Under the pieces are notes generated by a model. The model searched no databases, was not told the origin of the DNA, and was given only the letters and a program-made list of their open reading frames with translations. From Parasitella parasitica NRRL 2501 (taxonomy: Eukaryota > Fungi > Mucoromycota), in assembly GCA_025201805.1 (NCBI GenBank), contig MU619372.1:29987-76866 (forward strand): 46,880 bases of DNA, read 5' to 3'. The position numbers were made by a program, and so were the translations under genes. Positions 38,658-46,880 of the stretch are shown here, piece by piece. The stretch's first letter is position 1. The number at the start of each line of letters is the position of its first letter.

Positions 38658-40905
38658 TTAATCAACCTCAGAGTCATCAGAGCTACTGCTAGCATTTGAG
38701 TTGAAATTGAACAGTTTCTTATCATCAACCCATTTAGTTAGCACTGCAGGCGCAATATCCAAGCCGTTAAAAATTCGTCTTGTTTTCGCCTTTTCGTGCA
38801 GCTCCATCTTATCAAACTTGCTTTTATCAAAGTCGCTCAAGGCTGTGGAGCCGTTTTCGTCCACAAACGCTGTGATTGTATCAGACAAGTTTTCTCTCAT
38901 TCTGCGCAACTCAGCGGCACCGTCAGGGTTGCTCAATGACATGAATAATGGCCTCAGGGAGCTGTAAATGTCCATACTATTTTCGAGCACCAAGATGCAA
39001 GCGTATTGGATGAATGGCAAGGCAACCCACACAAGCAGTGAGAGTTCAAAAGAGTGCGAGTAGTCATGGATATACAAGTACAAGAACAACAAAAACGAGT
39101 AGAGACTGTACAATGCAGGCATACCAACTAACGCTACTAATATCTTCCAGGTTGCAAGCACATCACGCGCCGCAATTTTGACAGAGGATCCTGCTAGTGC
39201 CTCTGTTTACATCACATGAGCAACTGCATAGCACACAATTTTCGATTATATTAAAATAAAAATGGTTTACCTTCTTGCTTTTTTTGGCTGATCATGAGCG
39301 ATAAGATAATCAGTGGTGAGTTGATCAAAAGCCTATAATGCAAATGCGTTAATACTTTTTGCGTTTTTCTCTTTTACATGCATCAGGTAATACTTACGAA
39401 GGAAAACCGAAAATAGCCAAGAAAATGAGCTTAATGATACGAGATACCAAAATGGGGGCCGCAGAATATGCAGTATATTGTGTTCTGGCCACTTGGTAGT
39501 CTCGCAAGCCAAAATACTTTAGCGTGTTGTTGTAGGCTTTGATTCGATGAGCAAGGTCAACCAGCCGGAGATCTTTTTCGAAATAACTGTAGCCCAGCAG
39601 GAATCTTCGATTTAATTCAACAACCTGATCGATGGTCAATTTATGTTCTGATGCAGGCCTATACAGACGACGTGCAGTAGCAATAATCTATTCAATATGT
39701 CTTTCAATACCGCCTTCAAGTCCTAAATTATTCGCAAATACCATGAGTGTATCGTAGTTGGGTGCATTTACTGTGACACTTTTGAGCCCCTCGTATCCAG
39801 ATTCTAGCACTTTGGATATAGCGGCATGCTTGGAGGGTCCGCCTTTAATATAATCCTCTACTAAACCAGGCTCAATCGAGATAGGAACACCATAGGAAAC
39901 AACTGCGCGTGATCGAAATCGATGAGGATGAAAGTAATTGAGACCAACAGGCACAATTTTGATTTTGAGGTTCTTGTTTTCAGCCATAGCACTCAAAGCC
40001 ATGATGGCAAAGCCAGCTTTTTTTTTTTTCTGTATTAGGGCGATACTTGATAAACAAATAAGGAGACAACGAGCTCTTACCTTTGAGTGGAAGCATTTCT
40101 GATCTGTCATGGCTGCCTCCTTCTGGGAAAATTACAATAGATTCATTCTGGTTTAATCTTTCATGCACCTTTTCATACAGTACGCCTTGGTCGACATGGG
40201 GAATGATTTTGTATGTGGGCGAATGAGAAATGTGGTCAATAGCCTCTGGTGTCAACTCTGTCTTCAATCGCAGCTCTGTGTCGGATACCACCTCGACAAC
40301 CTCAAACGAAAGTGATCGGGAGAGTACAATCATATCTCTGGGCGTTACTTGAGACTTGAAGAGGGTGTCCTTGCCATGTAATACAGCAGCAGATTCTTTG
40401 TTCGCTAATAGCTGACCTTTTCCTTTTGTAGCGAGATCTTGCGGGCGAATGACAGGAACTAAGTATCCACACGGAATCGTTTCAATATCAAACCACTTTA
40501 AGCTGCTGTTAATAGAGACTTACTTGCTTTCAGCGCATGGGCAGCCGTTCCAATAATTTTGCGCTTGAAAGAGGCTTCTGCCATCAAGGGGGAGAATCTG
40601 CGAGGATTGGAGATGATCACCATTCCTGGGTCGACAAATCTACAGCATCACAAATTAAACACTCGGTACTGTGATAGTTCAAAATAGCTCTTACTTACTG
40701 ATTTGCATGTGGAGCAACAATGAAAATACATGGATCTTCCTTGGGCACATTGTGAGCACCACTTTTATCTTGAGATTAATTTTCATCTGATAAACATGAG
40801 GTCCTGCCTGTAAATTGTACATTACCTCACTTTGATTTCTTTAAAGAAGACATCCGTTATAAGCTTAAACAGCAGCTTTATGCCGTCGTATGCGTCTTTT
40901 GTCAT
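38658..40905 (-). CDS. Glycerol-3-phosphate/DHAP O-acyltransferase (Sct1/Gpt2 family), multi-exon
   Basis: FFKEIKV|SGAHNVP...IVAPHAN|QFVDPG (HxxxxD), IFPEGGSHDR...LPLK|AGFAIMAL, IVPVGLNYFHPHRFRSRAVV, RDVLATWKILVAL. Confidence 0.92.
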
Positions 40906-42215
40906 CTCGAAAATAAGCAATGAAGGAGGAGAGAGGAGAAAAATCACGTCAAGTTTATGAAATTTATAGCTTTTTTTTTTTTTCTTCACATGGAAAAGGG
41001 TGGGCTTGAAATAGTTGTGGCACAAAATGCAATGATTATAAAGGAGATATACGTATATACCATGAACCAAAGCTATTTTTATAACTGCCACAGCAAACTC
41101 TTGTATACGTATTACAAAACAACTTCTGCATTTGTCATCAAGCGCCATATATTGTTTAAAATTTGACTTTTAGGATTTAAAATAAAGAAGGCAACACTAA
41201 AACACAGTTACAATTTGATGATATTTGGTTGATATTTATTTGACAGAAACATGGATGTATATCTGACTTACTAGCAAGAACAGTGTATTGATGAGTAACA
41301 TATGCGCTGTTCATTTAGTATGCCAGAAGGGTAAGTGTACAGACTTTTTATATATTAAGGTTTCCAGTTAGAATCTCCACATGAAGAACTAAATATGAAT
41401 AAGATAGAATCTAGTGTATCAAATTACACACATACTTAATAATTACACAAGAGCCATAACTCTGGAGGGCTGTATTAAAAGATGCGAACACTCTCTGTAT
41501 AATCTTGTTGCTGATCCACATTAAATAATGCTTTTGTGCAAACAAGGTTTCTACCCGAGATACAGAATGATAGCCGCTCCAGATGATGATTGATGCAGTT
41601 TTTATCATCATATCAGAACAATACATTTGGTATAATGTCGGAATTTGAGACAATGATATATTCTTTCAAGTATGATGAATTCGAATACTCTCCGTTGTTG
41701 TAATTATGCTTAAATAATAAAGAACCCGATTTCATAGCATATATGTCAATGGTACGTACACAGAAAAATCTGCTACACAAATTTGATTCAACTATGAATA
41801 TCAAATGCTCATTTTTTAAGACAATTAAGTCAATGTACCCACAATGAAGAGTGATTCTTTGGCATATATATTCCATATTGGCTTTTATTTGAATTAACAC
41901 TTTTACTTAATATGATAAATATCTGAAATAGGATTATCAATCTCTTATGTCTACTTTCATGGATCTTTTGTGCAAAATTTTAATTTGTGTATATATCTGA
42001 TTGAAAAACGAAATAATAAAGAACCTATTTTATCTCAAAAATCTTCTCATATAAAATGGAACCTACTTTTACATCTCTTGTCGTACAATAGCTTTGACAC
42101 TCAACTTCAAAACAATATAAATAGCAGATCATATGTCAAATTGAATAAATCTCATCTTTTAACTGATATATATTTGCCTTATTGAATTTACAATTGTCAC
42201 GACATTCTGAACATG

Positions 42216-42370
42216 TGTCGTGTGCAGAGATGTGTTGCTCTGATAAGTGTATGATAAGTGTATAAAGTATAAAATAAGAGATGAAAGATAGATGATGTTT
42301 ATTCTTTTGTATTTCAATTGATATTTATAATAACTAAAAGTGTACACAAAAAGTCTGCGTGTACCTGACA
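42216..42370 (-). mobile_element. Solo LTR (155 bp) of a Ty3/gypsy family, with 4-bp TSD CATG
   Basis: TG...CA ends (TGTCAGGTAC...CACACGACA on the minus strand). CATG at 42212-42215 and 42371-42374. TATAAATA and AATAAA on the minus strand. Roughly 80% similar by eye to the LTR at 45496-45649. Confidence 0.9.
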
Positions 42371-42437
42371 CATGACACAACTACGAAATTAAGAATAATT
42401 TCAAAACATCTCACGTTAATCAAAATTAAAAAATTGA

Positions 42438-42508
42438 TGCGTATACGGGGAATCGAACCCCGGTCGCCCGCTTGGAAGGCGAGCATTCTGCCACTAAACT
42501 AGACACGC
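42438..42508 (-). tRNA. tRNA-Gly (anticodon TCC), intronless
   Basis: GCGTGTCTAGTTTAGTGGCAGAATGCTCGC-CTTCCAA-GCGGGCGACCGGGGTTCGATTCCCCGTATACGCA; cloverleaf, A and B boxes, and a downstream T6 terminator. Confidence 0.95.
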
Positions 42509-43245
42509 TTTTAGCGATTTGTTACATGCGTATTTTTTCTGTTTTCAACTCACAATATACTATTTGTCAAAAAGGCAACTCATTTTCACGTGATGTTTAT
42601 GAAGAGTCAAGTAATACGTATTTTTAAATTGATTTGAATGCATGTTTATTCTGGAGTCTCAAGTGTTCTGAGGTGAAGGTCAATCTAAATTTAGCCTCTT
42701 ATTTTGGATTATATAATTGTTTTGCCGATGGCTAAATGTTGAAGTTCATGGTTACATTTTGATCTGGGGCATTTATTTTTACTTTGAAATGGAGATTTGA
42801 CAGTTCGATTTGACAGTTTATGATACTTTGAAATTTAGAAAGTAGACATGTAGATGTAGATAGACATTATGAAATCGTATAAAAACGATCATTTTATTTT
42901 TAATAAACCATATCGAATTTTTCTTTCTTTTACACTTTAGTTACTATTGTTATTTTTTCACATTAATTTAACACCAACTACCCTAGATCTTGATTCATTT
43001 TCTCGATGTACAATTTAAATAGCTCTTACAGTCTCCCTATTTACAAACAAATTTATATCACTTTGACTTACCTGCTCACTTACGAAGGTAATCATAAAAG
43101 AGAACTTGACATTTATCAGTTTGTGACAGATGTAAATTGTTTTTGCTGGTGCTAATTGATCATCCGCATGTGATCAGAGTCTGAGCCAATGGAAGCTACG
43201 TTCCTGAATCTGATGTTGAACTCTGGGAACATCTCATCTTAGATA

Positions 43246-44087
43246 TATATATGGAATTATGCGTCATACTTGAAATAAATCGAACTTTCTTACGTTTAAA
43301 ATTCTGTCGTATATAATTATTTGCTATTCTATCGCTGAGATACTATACCATCCTAGTTATTCGACATAATATACACTTAAACAACAGCAAAATAGTCTAA
43401 TTAGTCTCGGCATTGACCTGTTTACTGCAAGTGATCTTTCCAACACATCGCTACAAATGTTAAAAATCTGTACCGCAGAGTATCAAAAGATGATACACGT
43501 TTGTGCTGGTAAATTGTGAAATGAGTTGGTTTTTTTTATGAAGCAATTTGTTCTCCTAAGTTCGAATTGCCGAGATGAAATGTTTGTACAGAGGATATTC
43601 GTATTTGATTGAAGTAGTTGTTCCTAAGGGTTTACTGTTTTTCTGTGATCTGTTCTTCAATTGGAATAGGCAACAATTAATGAAAGCAAATTACGAAAGA
43701 AAAGCTCAATGTTTATTTGAAGATCAACTTCTACTTTTAGCATCTCAGGTACCAAAAGTTTTTGGACAGACTACTTGTGTACCTTCTCATGTCACGTGCT
43801 TCCTTTTTTGGTACTCTGACCATAATTACTCACTTCACGTATCAAACGTGATACTCTGCGGTGCGGGTTTTGTGAAATTGGTAGCGATGTTTTGGAAAGA
43901 TCTTGCAGTGAACAGGTCAATCCCGAGACTAATTAGACTGTTTTGCTGTTGTTTATGCGTATATTATGTCGAATAACTAGGATGGTATGGTATCTCAGCG
44001 ATAGAATAGCAAATTAGTATATATGACAGAATTTTAAACGTAAGAAAGTTCGATTTATTTCAAATATGAAGCATAATTCCCTATATA
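43246..44087. mobile_element. Non-autonomous foldback/MITE-like DNA transposon with ~240-bp terminal inverted repeats (arms 43246-43485 and 43849-44087) in a TA context
   Basis: The left arm TATATATGGAATTATGCGTCATACTTGAAATAAATCGAAC...CCGCAGAGTATCA is the reverse complement, with scattered mismatches, of the right arm ending GCATAATTCCCTATATA. The ~360-bp spacer has no recognisable transposase. Confidence 0.85.
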
Positions 44088-44421
44088 CACTCACTGATAA
44101 TAAATCAACAACCACGGTCACTATTTGTAGTAAATTTAAGAAAAATGAACATATCCTATCTACTTTCAAATTCACGTATCTCTACTATACAGTACTAAGA
44201 TATCCTTCTATAACTTTTACAATGGCTTTACAAGAACGCGATTCAAATATTGTTAAAAGAGTGCAAACTTCTGACTATGATATTGGACGAGTAATTGGGT
44301 TGCATGAGTACGGTGTTCAAGTTCCGCTATCGCCAAGTCCACTGGCATCAAGGAAGGTACTGTGAAGGGTCTGATATACAGATACAAGCACAATGGCTCG
44401 GCACTTCCAGCACAAAGACCT
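44088..44421 (+). mobile_element. 5' fragment of a Tc1/mariner element with a frameshifted transposase N-terminal HTH (ATG 44222)
   Basis: TA|CACTCACTGA... is a Tc1-like terminus. MALQERDSNIVKRVQTSDYDIGRVIGLHEYGV /frameshift/ SSAIAKSTGIKEGTVKGLIYRYKHNGSALPAQRP is a paired-like HTH, cut off at the adjacent LTR. Confidence 0.72.
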
Positions 44422-44882
44422 TATCAGGGATCTACGGCCTTATTAGATAATCAGGGACAGAGTACTAAGAGAAGATATGCAGAAGTTTATTTCAAATAAG
44501 GAGGCTATGATTTAATAAGGGAAAGGTGGAGAAAGATAAGAAGATTGCTAGGGATATTTAATAAGGGAATTCGATGAGGAGATCTCACGAAGAAAACTCT
44601 TCTTTGCTGGTCAAAATGGCCTCTATTTATACTTTTTTGCGAGCTGTCTAGTTCACTGAAATGTGAACTAGACTATTTACTATAACGTGAATCAATTAGG
44701 TAAATAGGATATCGTGGATCAATAAGTCAATAGTATAATGTGGATGAGTAAGGCAAGAATGACAGTGTGAATCAGAGAGGCAAGAATGCAATGTGGATTG
44801 ATTAGGGAAGAACGAGGTGATATATATTTTTAGATCAAGATGTATAATTGTTTGGGCTTGAAGGCTCGACAGGGTCATGACA
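44422..44882 (-). mobile_element. Probable solo LTR (~460 bp) of a second, unrelated retrotransposon family
   Basis: Ends T(A)TCAGGGA...TCATGACA (degenerate TG...CA inverted termini). The minus strand has TATAAATAGAGGCC followed by AATAAA. It begins exactly where the Tc1 ORF is cut. No TSD is visible. Confidence 0.6.
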
Positions 44883-45371
44883 AAAGAACCCCAAACTTGA
44901 TTATAATTGTAATTTCATAACGCTTTTATTTTTACTTTTTTTTTATTTCGTAAATCTTTCAAATTTACTGCATGTAATATGTATGATACGCTGCGGTGCT
45001 TGTTCGTGAAATATTTAGATAGATTTTGGGTACTTTCTAACAAATATACAAGGTGTACGAGGAATGACCTAATATGTTTGGTGTTGCAATAATGTTCTTG
45101 ATAAATTATAGATTTGCGAAGAATCTCAGCAATATAGACCAAATGGATAAAGTATGCTATAAATTATTTAGACGAAAGAAAACCCCTTTTTTATTTAAGC
45201 CATGTGTCGTTTTGACATGTAACCGCTAAAACAATATTTATCATTTAAAACCTTGATTCATTTTTTGTAAAGTCCGTTCAGGAACATCTTCTTATTATGG
45301 TAATTTTCGATTCAAATCCCGAAAATATGGCAGCATCACAAAATTCACTTATACCCGTAACATGTAACAAA

Positions 45372-45442
45372 GCGTGTCTAGTTTAGTGGCAGAATGCTCG
45401 CCTTCCAAGCGGGCGACCGGGGTTCGATTCCCCGTATACGCA
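45372..45442 (+). tRNA. tRNA-Gly (anticodon TCC), identical to the copy at 42438-42508
   Basis: Same 71-nt sequence; T5 terminator at 45446-45450. Confidence 0.95.
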
Positions 45443-45495
45443 TTATTTTTCTCTCGTTAACGTTAGACGTTCTTGAGTAAAGACATGTCAGATAC

Positions 45496-46880
45496 TGTCG
45501 TGTGCAGAGATGTGTTAGTTTTGTGCTGCTTTATTAAGTGTATATAAAATATGAGTAAGAGATGAAAAGATCGATCTTTATTCTTTTGTATTCAAATGAT
45601 ATTTATAATAACTAAAAGTGTTACACACAAAGTCTGTGTGTACCTGCCACTACCACCCTCCCAAAAAAAAGTACAGGTGGACCAGAAAAAGAAAAATTAT
45701 TTAGCTCTAGCAACACGAGGAATATACCAAGATTTCTGTGGTTTTGACCCATCATAACGAACAGCATGCAGACGATCAGTGTGTACCCAAGAGTTATAAA
45801 TTTTTCCATCAATCTCTTGAATTTGGTATGTGTTGTAATCAAGATTGTACTTCAAAATCACATATATATGGACCCATCCAGTTAAATTCCAAGCCTTTTT
45901 TTTATTCATGTCGTAATAGCACGTAATCACCCACTGCAAATGTCTGAGATTTGCCATTTTTCAAAGCAGCATCCCATCGAGCTTTGTCTTTTGAGGCCTG
46001 CAGTATCATCTGCTCTTTTGCTTCAAATCGTTTTTCTCGAAGATCCCTCATACGAGTTAACACGTCTTCCGCTACGAGTTCAGGATCTTCTTCTGTAAAT
46101 GGATCTAAGAAAGGACGACGAGAATCACCAGGTAACACTGGTTCTTGACCATACACCAAAAAGAAAGGGCTATATCCAGTAGTAGCGTGCTTTCGAATCC
46201 GGCAAGAGAACAAGGCAGAATCAACATATTCATCCCAAGAGTGCACCATACCTTTAACATATTTTGTCAGCATATGTTTGAATGTTTGGTTAAGCCTTTC
46301 GCACTTTGAGTTTGTTCTTGGATGAAACGCGGACGTAAACATGTGTTTTGATCGAATTTTGTGCATGTACTGCTTCAGGATTTTGCTCAAAAAGTTGGCA
46401 CCACGATCCGATACCAGCTCGACAGGACACCCAAACTTCACTACTATCTCTTCATATAAAAATTTCACAATCTCAGCAGCAGAAGCGGAATTCAACGCAC
46501 GAGCAATGGGCCAGTTTGTAGCGTAGTCAACCGCCATAATTATCCATCGATTGCCATTGTTCGTAAGAGGAAGTTCGCCAATGAAGTCAATATGCCAACG
46601 CGCAAATGGGGCTGGAACCTCTAACGGTTTCATTGGAGCGTGATGAATCGCTTTTTCAGAGCGCAAATGGAGCTGGCATTCAGGGCAGGTTTTTAGCCAG
46701 TAATTAATATCCTTTCGCATTGAGGGCCACCATACCCGTTGCTTCATCAAGTGATACACAGTTAGCTGTCCCGAGTGACCAAATCCACGATGAAAATCTT
46801 CGATAAGATCAGCACGGCGAGCAAATGGTATGAATTTCAGTTTTGAAGCTTCTCTACTACTAGCTGTTGGTTCTGGGTTT
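45496..46880 (-). mobile_element. 3' part of a Ty3/gypsy LTR retrotransposon: integrase, PPT (45650-45662) and 3' LTR (45496-45649); continues beyond the window
   Basis: On the minus strand the integrase is last in pol, followed by GGGAGGGTGGTAG (PPT) abutting the LTR TGGCAGGTAC...CACACGACA. Confidence 0.93.
45697..46880 (-). pseudogene. Retrotransposon integrase (HHCC, DDE, GPY/F) with a premature stop at ~45902 and a frameshift at ~45865
   Basis: FHRGFGH...CPECQ, WHIDFIG, VSDRGANF, HPRTNSKCERLN, TGYSPFFLVYG, then LRHE*KKGLEFNWMGPY /frameshift/ VILKYNLDYNTYQI...VHTDRL...ARAK*. No chromodomain. Confidence 0.88.

Noticed and set aside
1102-40905. U12-type (minor) introns
   Set aside because: The introns I resolved have ordinary GT donors without the RTATCCTT signature; not every intron was checked exhaustively.
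43575-43976. 133-aa ORF inside the foldback element as a transposase or cargo gene
   Set aside because: It has no recognisable motif and runs into the TIR; probably a chance ORF.
42216-45649. The two same-orientation LTRs as the ends of one 3.4-kb element that captured two tRNA genes
   Set aside because: The left LTR has its own CATG TSD on both sides, the right LTR has its PPT and integrase on the outer side, and the two LTRs are clearly diverged. These are two separate insertions.

Overview
Intron-rich fungal genomic DNA, most consistent with Mucorales (short GT-AG introns, long poly(dA:dT) runs, typical gene set); the taxon is an inference. Bases 1-41,000 hold 16 spliced protein-coding genes: 4CL-like acyl-CoA synthetase, Gti1/Pac2 (WOPR) transcription factor, 14-3-3, rps16, OPT transporter (spanning an N gap), mitochondrial uS10, RanBP9/10-like SPRY-CTLH protein, DUF4050-like protein, I78-like protease inhibitor, UBE3A-like HECT ligase, SUR2-like hydroxylase, TM2 protein, Eos1-GT31 fusion, fumarate reductase-cytochrome b5, kinesin-3 and GPAT. 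The last ~5.7 kb is a gene-free, AT-rich transposon island organised around two identical, divergently oriented tRNA-Gly(TCC) genes. Each tRNA gene has an insertion of the same short-LTR (~155 bp) Ty3/gypsy family 53-67 bp downstream of its 3' end: a solo LTR with a CATG target-site duplication, and the 3' end of a defective element with integrase. This points to a retrotransposon that targets the 3' side of tRNA genes. Between the tRNAs lie a long-TIR foldback element, a truncated Tc1 transposase and an unrelated solo LTR. All coordinates and gene models were read by eye; no searches were run.
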